A stretch of DNA of 64,000 nucleotides from the human T2T-CHM13v2.0 reference genome, Homo sapiens. Within the stretch, counting starts at the first letter, position 1; each line of letters starts with the position of its first letter. The notes beneath the pieces are model-generated. The model was not told the origin of the DNA and ran no database searches. It saw only the letters and a list, made by a program, of their open reading frames with translations. Location: contig CP068257.2 of NCBI GenBank assembly GCA_009914755.4, positions 6,528,001 to 6,592,000 on the forward strand, written 5' to 3'. The translations under genes and the position numbers were made by a program. Shown piece after piece: positions 26,676 to 42,955 of this stretch.

Positions 26676-29099
26676 GGAACCACCAAACTGTTTTCCACAG
26701 CAAGTGCATCATTTTCTATTCCTAGCAGCCAGTTCATGAGGGCTCCAGTTTCTCCACCTCCTTAGCAACATTGATTTTCTGTGTCGTTGTTATGAAAGCC
26801 TTACTAGTGGATGCAAAGTGGCATCTCATTTGGGTTTTGCCTTGCATTTTATTAATGAATAATGGTGTTTAGCATCTTTTCTTTTCCTTCTTAGACATTT
26901 GTGTATCTTCTTTGGAGAAATGTCTGTTCAAGTCCTTTGCCTATTTTTTTAATTGGGATCTTAGAAATTCTGTTGTTGAGTTGTGGGATATTAAGCTTTT
27001 ATCAGATACACATTTTGATTTTATCAGATACATATTTTCTCACATATTATGGGTTGTCTTTTCACTCCCTTGATAGTATCCTTTGATGCATAAAGGGTTT
27101 TTTATTTTGATTAAATCTAATTTTCGTGTATTTTCTTTTGTTATCTGTGTTTTTCTGTCATATTTCAAAATACACTTAAAACTCAAAGGTCATAAAGGTT
27201 TACCGTGTGTTTTCTTCTAAGAGTTACATATTTTTAGTCCTTACATTTAAGTCTTTTATTAATTTAGAATTAATTTTTGTATATACTGCAAGGTAGGGGT
27301 CTAACTTCTCTCTTGTACACTGACATCCAGCTGTTGAAGAGACTGTTCTTTCCTCCCTTGACTAGACTTGGCCACCTTGTTGAACAGTCATTGACCATAT
27401 ATGTGAGGACTAACTTGTAGGATCTCAAATCTGTTCTGTTGTATTGGTCTGAAAGTCTATTGGTCTTATTCCAGTACCACACTCTCTTGATTACTGTAGA
27501 TTTGTAGTAGGCTGTGAAACTGAAAAATGTGAGTTTTCCAATGTTCTTTTTCAAGACTGTTTTGTCTGTCAGATCCTTTGAATTTTTGTATGATTTTAGA
27601 ATGAGTTTCTTTGTTTCTGCAAAAATGCCTTTGGGATTTTGACGGTATTGCATTGAATCTGTAGATTACTTTAGATGGTATTGTCATCTTAACGATATTG
27701 TCTTACAACCCGTGAACACAGAATGTCTTTCCACTTATTTCCACTCTCTTTAGTTTTTTGCAGCAATGTTTTGTGTATACCACCATGGTTAGATTTATGC
27801 CTGAATAACGTATTCTTTGATGTCATTATAAATGGAATTTTTAAAATGTTTTCATAGTTCTTTACAACTATATAGAAATATAGCTCATTTGCCTATGTTT
27901 GTTTGCATCCTGCCTCTTTTATTAGTTATAATCGGTTTTGTGTTTTGTTTGGAGCTTTATACCTATAAGATCATGTGTAGATATAATTTTACACCTATTT
28001 TTTATTTCTAATTTAGATGCCTTTTATTTCTTTGTCTTGCCTAATTGCTCTGGCTAGAACTGCCAGTGCTACGTTGAATACAAGTGGCAAATGCACCATC
28101 CTTTTCTTCTAGATGTTAGGAAAACAGCTTTCAGTGTTTCATCATTGATCATGATATTAACTGTTGGGTTTTTGTACATCCCATTGTCATGTTGCAGAAG
28201 ATCCCTTCTATGCCTAGTTTATTGAGTATTTTTATTATAGAAGGGTGTTGTATTTCATCAATGTTTTCTCTGCAGCAATTGAAATAATCACGTGCTTATT
28301 CATTTTACTGTTACAGCATATTACACTGATTGATTTTTTATATGTTGAACCACCCTTGCATTTTGGGGATAAATCTCAAAGGGTGATAGTTTACAATCCT
28401 TTGATTATACAGTATTGCTGCTAGTATTTTGCTAGTATTGCTAGTATTTTGCTGAGATTTTTGCTTATATATTCATAGGGGATATAGTGCTGTATTTCTC
28501 TCTTTTGTGCTCTCTTTGTCTTTGGTATAAGGATAATGCTGTTATCAAAAAATGAATTAGCAAGTATTCCTTCTTCATATATTTTGTCAGAAGAGTTTGA
28601 GAAGAAATGGTATTAATTCTTCTTTAAATGTTAGGTTGACTCACCAGTTAATGCAGCTATTTGGTCATAAATGTTTCTTTGTTAATCGCTTTCGATTACT
28701 AATTCAGTCTCCTAGGTTATAGGTCTATTCAGATTTTCTCTTTCTTCTTGAGCCACTTTGGTAGTTTGTGTCTTTCTAGCGATTCATCCATTTCATCCAG
28801 GGCACCTAATTTGTTGCTAGACAGTTGTTCACAGTATACTCCTGTAATCCTTTTGTATTTCTGTAAAGTTGGTAGTAATGGCTCTGCTTTCATTTATTAT
28901 TTTAATAATTAGTCTTCCATCTTTTGCTCAGTCAATATAGTGAAAGGCTTGATCTTTCAAAGAATCTACATTTTTTCATTCTACTGCTCTCCAACCTTCT
29001 ATTTGATTGATTTATGCTCTAATTATGCTCTTTATTATTTCTTTCCTTCTGCTAGCTTTGGATTTAGTCTTCCACCTGGATTTATTTTGGGAGTGGTAT

Positions 29100-29100
<1 letters not shown>
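26676..29100 (-). mobile_element. Older L1 (L1M/L1PB-like) ORF2/3' region, antisense
   Basis: Minus ORF 27270-27653 (…YYKSTVIKRVWYWNKTNRLSDQYNRTDL…SLFNSWMS…) corresponds to the ORF2 segment [24 protein letters not shown]…SLFNKWCW. The antisense KKWAKD region lies at about 26920. Confidence 0.7.
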
Positions 29101-29589
<489 letters not shown>

Positions 29590-29610
<21 letters not shown>

Positions 29611-29715
29611 TGTGCCATGTTGTCCAGTCTGGTCTCAAAATATGGGGCTCAAGAGACCTGCCCACCTTGGCCTCCCAAAATACTGGGATTACAGGTGTAA
29701 GCCCCTGAATCTGGC
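29590..29715 (-). mobile_element. Alu fragment
   Basis: …cttggcctcccaaaatactgggattacaggtgtaagcc. Confidence 0.6.
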
Positions 29716-30223
29716 CAGATATTTTTCTTTTTATGGCTGAATAATACTCTGTGTATGTATATATTACATTTTCTTTATCTATTCACCTACTGATGGGCAT
29801 TAGGTTTGGGCTACCTTTTGGCCACTGTGAATAATGCTGCTGTTAATCGGGTGTACAAATACCTGTTTGAGTCCCTGCTCTCAGTTCTTTTGGGTATATA
29901 CGCTTAAAGGGTGTTGATGGATCATATAATTCTATGCTTCATATTTTTAAGGAGCTGCTAAACCATTTTCCACAGTGGGCTGTACCATTTTACATTCCAA
30001 AAAGCAATGCATACAGCTTCCAATTTCTCTATAGCCTTGCTGACAGTTAATATTTTCTGTTTATGTATTGTATTTTTACAGTGTTTGAAATTAATCTGAG
30101 GCTTTTTGCTGATACCAAAATATTAGGAAAGGTTTTCCAAAAATAATACTGCTTATTATAAAGGATTTTACATGTTACTTGATGCCCTGTGATCTGTTTT
30201 CTAAGTAAGAAGAGGAACTTCTT

Positions 30224-31071
<848 letters not shown>

Positions 31072-31084
31072 TGATCTAACTTAT

Positions 31085-31590
31085 GGAAATAATACTAGAT
31101 AGTTAGCGGATGGATTCTGTATCTGATGAGAGTTTAGGGCAAAACGAATTCCTAGTTTCTGAGTCTTATTTTTCCCCTGATTCAAGAAAACTGTGAATTA
31201 TCCAGCCAGTAAAAAACTCTCACAGCTCCGGATGTGAGTTTAGGACACTGGATTTCTACCACTCATTTTCTTACTACTTTTCTTGTGCAAGGATCATGGC
31301 ACAAGTTGCAGTTTCCACCCTGCCCATTGAAGATGAGAAGTCTGTTGAAGATGAGGAGTCCTTGGAGAGCAGGATGGTGGTGAAATTCCCGTCAGCTCTC
31401 GACTCCATGGTCAGACCTTCTGTTCTCACATTCTGTAGTTCAGTAGGACTGGGCGGTAGATAAGGTTGATTTGTTTTTGTAGAACTTACAATTTTGTGAT
31501 TTTTAGTTCTAATGAGTAGAACTTTTTCGTGAATAGTAGTTACGTTCAAACACCTCTGACCAAATGTGCATGTGGAGTTTCTACACTAAT
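31085..31590 (+). repeat. Copy B of the ~500-bp duplicated segment
   Basis: See 29100-29610. Confidence 0.8.
31296..31408 (+). CDS. Candidate first coding exon, paralogue B (MAQVAVSTLPIEDEKSVEDEESLESRMVVKFPSALDSM), followed by a GT donor
   Basis: Same ORF as 29324 but with one EDEES unit fewer. atg|gtcaga donor. Confidence 0.3.
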
Positions 31591-31837
31591 TTTCAGACAA
31601 TCTGGATCCCAACTGGGTATCCCACAATTCCATCCTGACACTCCCTGGAGTTAGTGCAGACCCCGCAGGATGGGAGCTCAGTCCCAGGAGTCTACCCTCA
31701 CTCCACATGCCAATTGCAAGTCTTGGGTTGTTACATGTAGTTTTGACCAACCAGTTAGAAAACAGAGTTTCATGACCCCCATTGGTGGGTGGAATCATTT
31801 GCTTGGACAGCTTGCAGAACTCAGAAAAACAGATTGT

Positions 31838-32135
<298 letters not shown>

Positions 32136-32204
32136 AATTTACTTTCTTTTACTGGTTCATTTTAAAGGCTAAATCTCAGAAACAGACAGTGAAAGAGATG
32201 TACA

Positions 32205-32540
32205 TGCTGGGCACAGTGGCTCATGCCTGTAATTTCAGCACTTTGGGAGACTGAGGCGGGAGCATCGCTTAAGTGCTCAGGAGATTAAGACCAGCCTGGG
32301 TAACAAGGTGAAAATGCATCTCTACAAAAAGATTTTTCTAAAAATTAGCCAGGCACAGTTATCTATAGTTCTAGCTACTCAGTGCCTATAATTCTAGCTA
32401 CTCAGGAGGCTGAGGTGAGAGGATGAGAGGATGGGGCTTGAGATAGGGAGGCATAGTTCGCAGTGAGCCACGATTGTGCCATGGCACTCTAGGCTGGGAG
32501 ACAGAGCCAGACTCTGTCTCAAAAAAAAAAAAAAAAACCA
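32205..32540 (+). mobile_element. Alu SINE with internal ~25-bp duplication
   Basis: gctgggcacagtggctcatgcctgtaat…; ctagctactcag occurs twice; 17-nt poly-A. Confidence 0.85.
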
Positions 32541-33054
32541 CACAGGGCAAGGTATGTCGAGAGGGGTACAGAACTTCCATGTCCTCTATTGTGCATGTTA
32601 CCTTCCTGGTATCTCCCTTGTGTTCAGCAACCCAGACATTCTCCAACTCCAGTTGTTGAGGGCGCTTATGAACGCTTCATTATGCAGGCATGATTGATGA
32701 AGTCATTGACCATTGGTAATTAAGTCAGTCTTCGGCCACTATTTCTTCCTGGAGCCCAGGGGGTGAGGCTGACAGTTCCAAGCCTCTAATCACATGGTTT
32801 GTTCTTCTGACAACAACCACCCCTTTTTCTGAAGCTGTCTAGGAGCTTTCAGTCACCCAGTCATCTCAGTAACATCACCAAATGCATTCTTACTATGGTG
32901 ATCCCAAAGGTCTTAGAGGCTCTTGTGTTAGAAACCTGGGACTAAGACCAAATATTGAAACAGAAGATGCCCCATCACTTTCATCACCAAGGCCTTTATA
33001 AGAGCTTGAGAATCTCTGTGCCAGGATGAGGGGCAGAAACCAAATGTGTATTTC

Positions 33055-33510
<456 letters not shown>

Positions 33511-33869
33511 ACAAGAGGTCTTTATAAGTGAAAGAGGGAGGTAAGAGAGTCCGAATTGAAGGAGATTTGATGATGGAAGCACAGGTCACAGAGGGAGATT
33601 CGAATATGCTTTGCTTCTGGCTTTGAAGATGCAGTTAGGAGCCATGAGCCAAAGAATAGCAGTGGCTTTAGCAACTGGGAAAGGCAAGGGAACATATTCT
33701 CTCCAGAACCTCCAGAAGGGATGCAGTCCTGCTGGCAACTTGATTTTAGCCTTAATAGACCTATTTTGGACTTCTGGCCCCCAGACCTCTTAGTTAGTAG
33801 ATTTGTGGTGTATTAAGCCACTCAATGTAGGGTAGTTTGTAACAGCAGCAAAAAGAAATGAACATGAAG

Positions 33870-34170
33870 CCAGAATTGGTGGCCCACACCTATAATTCCA
33901 GCTATTTAGGAGGCTGAGGCAGGATGGTTGCTTTGGCCCAGGAGTTCACGATAAGTCTGGGCAACAAAATGATACCCTGTCTACATGGAAAAAAAAAATT
34001 AGCGGGTGTGGTGGCATGCACTTGTAGTCTTAGGTACTAGAGGCCCTGAGACAGGACAATTTCTTGACCTAGGAGCTCCAGGTCTCAGTGCGTTGTGATC
34101 GTGCCATGGCACCCCAGTCTGAGTGACACAGCGAGATTATATCTTAGAAAAAAAAATAAAAAAGAAATGA
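33870..34170 (+). mobile_element. Alu SINE
   Basis: gccagaattggtggcccacacctataattccagc…. Confidence 0.85.
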
Positions 34171-34786
34171 GTGAGCATGGCAGGAATAGGGACAGATAGC
34201 AATATTAAATAGAGTGGTCAGGGTTGGCCTCCTAAGTGAAAATTGAGCAAAGACTTGAAGGAGGGGAAGGAGCTGACCAAGGTACTGAGGGAAGAGCATT
34301 ATAGGCAGAAACAACAGAATAAAGATGCTAAGAGGGAACTCCATGGTGTGTCTGAAGCTCAGGAAAGAGGTCTGTGGAGTAGAGAGAGGGAGAGAAGTAG
34401 GGAAGGAGGCCAGGGAGTTGTTGGACTCAGATCAGTACAGATTGTGTAAGCCCTGGGAGGCTACTGCTGGGGCTTTGGTTTTTATTCTGTCTGAGATGGG
34501 AGATGAGGAAGGGTTCTGAGCAGAGAGGTGACGCGAACTGTCTACTGATTTAAAAGCATCCCATGGCAGCTGAGTTGAGAAAGATTGTGGGAAGATTTGG
34601 GTAGAAGCAGGGAGGCCATGCTGTGGCAACCTCCAGGTGGGAGATGATAGTGGTTCTGACCAGGGCCCTGGCAATGGTGAGAGATGGTTGATTCTTGTTG
34701 AAATACTAAGTAATTAAAAAAAAAACACTACTGTTTTTCCCAATTATATGAAGTATGGGATGCTAGATTACAGAAATCTTAAGTCG

Positions 34787-35225
34787 GGCCAGGTGAAGTG
34801 GCTTATGCCCGTAGCTTCAGCACTTTGGGAGGCAGAGATGGGAGAATGGTTTGAGTCCAGGAGTTTGAGACCACCCTGGGCAACACAGCAAGACCTCCTG
34901 TCTATGCAAATAAAAATTAATAAAATATAATTATCCCGGCATAGTGGTATTTTCCTGTAGAACCTGTTACTTAGGTTGTTGAGGTGGGCAGATCTCTTGA
35001 GGGCGGGAGTTTGAGGCCAGCTTGGGCAACATAGCAAGGCTCCTCTTTCTACAAAAAAAAAAAATTAGTTGGGTGTTTTGGTGCTCATCTGTAGCCGTAG
35101 CTATGGTGAGGGTGAGGCAGGAGGATCCCCGGAGCCCAGGAGGTCACGGCTGCAGTTAGCTATGAGTGCACCCCTGCATTGCAGCCAGAGTGACAGAGTG
35201 AGACCCGTTCTCAGAATACAGATAC
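34787..35225 (+). mobile_element. Alu left-monomer fragment followed by a second Alu
   Basis: ggccaggtgaagtggcttatgcccgtagcttcagcactttgggaggc… then …gttgaggtgggcagatctcttgagg…. Confidence 0.75.
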
Positions 35226-35684
35226 AAGTAAAGAAATCTCAGCTCAGAGCAGTCTGTTTGTCACTATGCAGCCTTTTCAACCCCATAGCTGAGCGATTGG
35301 GTTTGTGTTGCTGGAGGTGAGGAGACCCGTGCCCAGGTGTTGTTGCCTGTCTAATCAGTTTATTTTAAAATATATTAATGAAATTTATTTCATCATACTT
35401 TATGGCCTCATACCTGAGTGGTTTTTTGAATTCTCCTTTGAATAGCTTGTAACTATTCAAACCTCTTATTGGTTCTATAATTAATTCTTTTTCTAATTAG
35501 CTTTTTAAAAATCAGAATTGATATTAGACTAATCAGTTATTAGTGAGGAGATGAAATTGAGTTGTTTGTACACTTTATCTAAGATAATGTTATATTGGCT
35601 AACTCAAATCAGTAGTTCAGCAAATGCAGAATCAGAGCTTCTTCAGCGCGGAACTCTCTTGTGGTTCTTGAAGATGCCATTTCT

Positions 35685-35990
35685 TTTTCTTTTTTTTTTT
35701 TTTTTGAGACAGCATCTTCCTCTGTCACCAGGCTCGAGTGCAGTGGCACAATCTCAATTCACAGCAACTTCTGCCTCCCAGTTCAGGGTTCAAGCATTTC
35801 TTTTGCCTCAGCCTCTGAAGTAGCTGGGACAACAGGGATGTGTCACCATGCCCAGCTAAGCTTTGTATTTTCTGTAGATACGGGGTTTCAGCATGTTGGA
35901 CAGGCTGGTCTTGAACTCCTGACCTTGTGATCCACTGGCCTTGGACTCCTAAAGTGCTGGGATTACAGGTGTGAGCCACCGTGCCTGGCC
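35685..35990 (-). mobile_element. Alu SINE antisense
   Basis: T16 gagacagcatcttcctctgtcaccaggctcgagtgcagtgg…. Confidence 0.9.
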
Positions 35991-36285
35991 TCTTTTTTCA
36001 GTCTTTAATAAACTGCTGCCATCATTTCAGACCACTTGCTATTTTAGGCACTTAGAAATTTTTCACTGGAATTCATGTAAAGAAAGACCATGGGTGTTTG
36101 TACTGGATTTAGTATTCATCCTTCGACTGCATGACTCACCCCTAGTGCCATAATTTTACTAATGAATTTTTCAGATACTACTCAGCTGGCCACTGAACCT
36201 AACCAGCAACCCACCCTCAACCATTTAGTGGTCTTTTGTTCTTCTCTGTTCCTCCTGAATGTTGATTACTCTCAGAAGGTGATAA

Positions 36286-36920
<635 letters not shown>

Positions 36921-36994
36921 CATTTTTAAAATAATAACGTTATTGAAATATGATTAACGTATCATGCAATTCATTTATCAAAGTACGCAATTCA

Positions 36995-37285
36995 GGCCAG
37001 GTGCAGTGGCTAATTCCTATAACGCTAAGACTTTGGGCAGCTGAGGCAGGTGGATCGCTTGTGTTCAGGAGTTTGCGACTAGCCTGGGCAACATGGCAAA
37101 ACAGCATCTCTAGCAAAAATACAAAAATTAGCTGGGTGTGGTGGCTCATGCCTGTAGTCCCAACTACTTGGGGACATGAGACTGGAAGATCACTTGAGCC
37201 CAGAAGCCATAGGTTGCAGTGAGACCAGATGGCACCACTGTACTACAGCATGGGTGACAAAAGGAGACCCTGTCTTTAAATAACT
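36995..37285 (+). mobile_element. Alu SINE
   Basis: ggccaggtgcagtggctaattcctataacgc…. Confidence 0.9.
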
Positions 37286-37859
37286 AAAGAAAAAAAGAAA
37301 GTATACAATTGAGTGGTTTTTAGAATATTCAAGGAGCTGTGCATCCATCACCACAGTCTTTCTTAGAAGTGATTACCCACTTGTGAGTTACCCACTTATG
37401 AATGAGAAACCCTCACCTCTTAGCCGCTACCTCCTACGTACCCCATGTTCATAGGCAACCACTGATTTATTTTCTGTCATTGTAGTTTTGCCTAATCTGG
37501 ACCTTTTATAGAAATAGAATTGTACAATGTGTGATCTTTTGTAATTTGCTTTTTTTTTTCTCTTAGCAGAATGTTTTCAAATTTCTTTCATGTTATAGTG
37601 TGTATCAGGATTTCTTTCCTTTTGTAGCTGAGTAATAGTTTATGTTTATCCATTCATTAGTTGATGGACATTTGTGTTGTTTTTGCGTATTCACCATCAT
37701 GAGTCAGGCTGCTATGAACACTCGTACATAAGTTTTAGTGTGAACATATATTTTTATTTCTCTTGGATTTACACTCAGGAGTGAAATTGTTGCATTATGT
37801 GATTACTATACGTTTAGTCTTTGAGAAACTGCCACGTTGTTTTTCAAAGCGGTTACACT

Positions 37860-37990
37860 GGTCAGGCACAGTGGCTCACACCTTTAATCTCAGGTATTTG
37901 AGACGCTGAGTTTGGAGGATTTTCTTAGCTCGGGAGTTCAGGACAACCCTGGGCAACATAGGGAAACAATGTCTTGATTTTTTAAAAAAA
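37860..37990 (+). mobile_element. Free left Alu monomer (FLAM-like)
   Basis: ggtcaggcacagtggctcacacctttaatctcag… of about 130 bp only. Confidence 0.6.
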
Positions 37991-38084
37991 TCAAATGCCA
38001 AGAAAACACCCAAATTGATTACACCATTTTATGTTCCCACCAGTAATGTATGTGAGTTCCAATTATTCCAATTGTCACCAACTT

Positions 38085-38385
38085 TTTTTTTTGAGACAAA
38101 ATCTTGCTCTGTTGCCCAGGCTGGAGTGCAGTGACATGAACATGGCCAGTGCAGCTGTGACATTCCAGGCACAAGTGATCCTCTCACCTCAGCCTCCTAA
38201 GTAGCTGGGACTTACAGGTGCATGCTATCATGTGCAGCTGATTTTTACAATTTTTGGTAGAAATGGGGTGTTGTCATGTAGCCCAGGTTTGTGTCAAACT
38301 CCTGAGCTCAAGTGATCTGCCTGCTTCAGCTTCCGGAAGTGCTGAGATTACAGGTGTGTGCCACCATGCCCGACTGGTGTAACCA
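38085..38385 (-). mobile_element. Alu SINE antisense
   Basis: tttttttttgagacaaaatcttgctctgttgcccaggctggagtgcagtg…. Confidence 0.85.
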
Positions 38386-39003
38386 CTTTGGAAAGCAGCC
38401 ACTGAGCCCGGCCTTCACCAGTATACCAATATTTGTTAATATCGTTTTATTTTTTACTATTTTTCCATTTTTAAAAACTTATTCTTTTACCTGTATTATT
38501 GATTATAATAAACAACGAATAATTTTGCTGTAGAGTTGAGTCCCCCCAAAAAGTATTTATTGTTTAACTGAAGTAGTTTTTTTTTAACCTGGATATATAT
38601 TTTTTCATTTTCACTTTATTTTTAGTGTTCATTTTTAAAAATTATTTATATGTATTTTTATTTTAATAGGTGTTTGAGAAACAGGTGGTGTTTGGTTCCA
38701 TGAATAAGTTCTTCAGTGTTGATTTCTGAAATGTAGTACCCCTCATTACTTATTAAATTATATATTAAGTCATTATAAAATAATTAATAAACCAAGGACT
38801 TTAGTAAAATGGGAATTTTATTTTAACTTGCAACCTGGGACGTAACTGTCAAAAAAATTAGAGAAATTACCACATTAAGGTTTTAAAATCTTGACCTGAA
38901 AAATGAAAACCTTGGTGCACCTAAGAACCACCAGCCCACTGGTCAAAGTGAACAAAACTAAATGAAAAAATAAAACCAAGAAAACCAAACTCAGGATTAT
39001 TAG

Positions 39004-39378
<375 letters not shown>

Positions 39379-40702
39379 TAATTTTATGTATATTCCAAGT
39401 CAGAATACATCCTATTTTTGAATATTTGATGACTTTAGGATACTATATTAACTCTTAATTGAATTAATACAAGTTTAGGTGTAAAGATGAAGTTTATGTT
39501 GACAAAAATTATTAATGTTTTACATATATGAAAGTAACAATATCATATATTTTTCATACTTGTACAATACTTTGAAATCTATTATTAGCTAATATTTTAT
39601 ATTCATTTTGGGTTTTCACATTATTGTTAGATCCAGAGAAAAGTAATATTGTGTGAATACTCAAATCATAAACATTTTGCTGGATGCATTCATAGATACT
39701 TTATTTAAAAAGTACACTAATTGAAGTTTTACACCATTTTATGATTCATCAAACACAGCAACTGAATACTGGCTTATAGCAACATTACAGATGATGTTAG
39801 TCTAAGATAAAACTCATAACACATTTTAAAAAGGGTAAAAGGAAGGAAAGGAAAAAGGATACAAGGCTGTAGAAAGATTTTAAAAACAAACGTCGTATGT
39901 CTGAACCTTTGCCTGGAGTTTCATATTTTGTGAAAAGCAGTTTGTAAGTAGAGGACTCGTAAGTGCACCTAGTACACTGCAATGGCACAGACACGGCAGA
40001 TAGTCAATAAAATGATCTTTAACTTCTGATCTAGGTTATTTTTGTTGTTGTTCATGTATTAACCTAGTGAAACTCAGCCAATAGCTGTAGTGGCATTGAC
40101 CTGTACAACTTCCAAAATCCCATCCAACCTTAGTGTCCTCTGAAGTTCTCCATAACTTATTGTCTGTTCCAACCAACATTTAGCATAAGCTACAGCTTAT
40201 ATTGTTAATAATTCTTCTATGTTTATGTGCTGATTTGCAAATAAATGGGCCTATATAGTCTTTATCTAGTGTTGGATTGGGATCAAAAGTTTCATGAAAT
40301 CATTGTTTTTAGTATACGTACAGATGGATAATCGTATAAATAAGTACAGATGTGTATAAATGTGTGAGTATACATACATATATTTTCTAGCTCCTCTAAC
40401 AAAAGGGCCTAGAAACAACATCATCCCAGTAACAATGAGAACACCATTCTCCAATTAAAGGAACCAAGGCTCCTTGGGGACATATTTGATATCAGGATTG
40501 GGCAGGGAAAATACAAGATTAGTTTGAAATATTTTGTCATGTTAGGAAGTAAGGAAATGCTCACAAAATGGGGAAAATGTGAAAGGGAAACAGATCCACT
40601 TTGAATAAACTTCCATAGCCAAATTTGAGAAAATTGGGGCAATAAAATAGATAACAATAATAATATATTACAATCTACAGGAGAAAATTTTCAATTAATC
40701 CA

Positions 40703-40995
40703 GGCCAGGTGCAGTTGCTCATGCCTGTATTCCCAGCCCTTTGGGAGGCAGAGACGGGCAGATCACTTGAGGTCAGGAGTTCAAGACCAGCCTGACCAAT
40801 GTGGTGAATCCCTGCCTCTACTAAAAATACAAAAATTAGCCGGGCATGGTGGCACATGCCTGTAGTCCCAGCTACTCCTGAGGCTGATGCAGGAGAATGG
40901 CTTGAATCCCGGAAGGTGGAAGTGCAGTGAGCGGAAATCGCACCATTGCACACCAGCCTGGATGACAAAACAAGACTCCAACTCAAAAAAAATTC
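40703..40995 (+). mobile_element. Alu SINE
   Basis: ggccaggtgcagttgctcatgcctgtattcccagccctttgggaggc…. Confidence 0.9.
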
Positions 40996-41199
40996 CATAT
41001 TGACATAAATAATAAACCAAAGATTGAGAGTGGGTAGTATTTTATTACAGTAAGATTTCATTAAATGTAGGAGACATAAAATATAAGAATCATCACTTTG
41101 CAAATATCATAGTAATAATTGTTGCAAGAAAGAACCTTGGAGGAATGCTAAGATTAGTGGTGAATATATGTTGGGAAAGAACATATTTGCATAATATGA

Positions 41200-42640
41200 A
41201 AGTATCTTCCCACAAGATAATTATAGAATAGTAACTTCAAAGTGGAGATGTCAACTTAGCCAAGTGATCAAAGTTAACATTACTAATAATAAGATAAATG
41301 AACTTCATGTAATTTCTTATATGATGCACTGAGTAGGACAAAACATCAATTCTATGGTATTCTTAGACAAAATGTATAACTTTAGTCCTAACCGTGAGAA
41401 AACATCAGACTAACTGAAATTGAGGAGGGACATTCTACAAAATAACTGCCAGTATTCATCAAAAGTATTTTAGAAAGACTGAGGAATTCTCCAGAGACAA
41501 GGAGGCATGTTATCTAAGTGCAATGGAGAACATGCATTGTATCATGAACCAGAGATGGACAACAGTAGGATATGTACAATAACACCCCAACATTTGAACA
41601 TTAAACAAAATACTTCAGAAAAACCCATTGGCCAAGAAAAGTTTCACACACACACAAATAGTTTAAACTGAAAGAAAATTTTTTAAAAACTTAATAAAAT
41701 GTGGGATGCAGATAAATCGTTCCTTAAAGGTACATTTATAGATGTAATATATTGAAAATAAAAGGCTTCAATCAATGACCTTTAGGCTCTTTTTTAAGAG
41801 GCTAAAAAATAAGCAAAGTATATCCAAATTAAGAAGAAGGAAGATGATAAAGATAAAAATGTAAACCAACAACATAGCAAATAACAAAAGGTGGAGCTAA
41901 TTAATATACCCACAAATTGGTTCTTTGAAAAAAATTTTTTTAATAAACAATGGCTAGCAAGATTTATCTCGAAAAAAATTAGAGAAGCTACATAATGTAG
42001 ATAATGGGAATTAAATAGAGGATGTAACTACAGAACCTACAGACATCAATATAATTATGAAAACTTTAGGCCAATACATTTGACAATTAAAATAACATGG
42101 GAAATTATTTGTAAAACTAATTCTTAAAACTAATGCAAAATGAAATAGAAAAAGTAATAGCTTCTCTATGTATTGAAGAATTTTTTTAATTTAAAAAGAT
42201 TTCTATAATTACAGGCTACATGCTTTCTCAGGTGAATTCTATCAAACATTTAAGAAAGTACAGAGAGTCCTCAACTTACAGTGGTTTGACTTGTGCTCTT
42301 CTTACTTGATAATGGTGCTTTCATCTGTGTACGTTAATGATGAGCATCAATATGACCAGTTTTTCACTATCAGTATAGTTTTCAATAAATTTCATGAGAT
42401 ACTCAATATTTTAAAATGGGCCTTGTGGTAGATGATTTTGCCCAATTGTAGGATAATGTAAGTGTTCTGAGCAAGTTTAAGGTAGGCGAGGCTAAGTCAT
42501 GATATTCAGTAGGTTAAATATATTAAATGCGTTTTAGACTTACAATATTTTCAATTTAGGATGAGTTCATTAAGACATAAAACAATTGTAAGTTGAGGAG
42601 TATCTATAACATCAATCTTGAACGGACTCTTTTTAAGAAA
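41200..42640 (+). mobile_element. Ancient L1 (L1M-type) ORF2 fragment, highly diverged
   Basis: …ataattacaggctacatgctttctcaggtgaattctatcaaacatttaagaaag… resembles the L1 ORF2 segment YQASIILIPKPD…; AT-rich and degenerate. Confidence 0.4.
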
Positions 42641-42651
42641 TAGAATTTAAG

Positions 42652-42955
<304 letters not shown>

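Noticed and set aside
25600-26740. ORFs of 177-309 aa in the CpG-rich 300-bp tandem repeat
   Set aside because: GC-rich repeats are naturally stop-poor. The ORFs are Arg/Pro/Ala-rich, overlap on both strands, and have no start context or domain signal.
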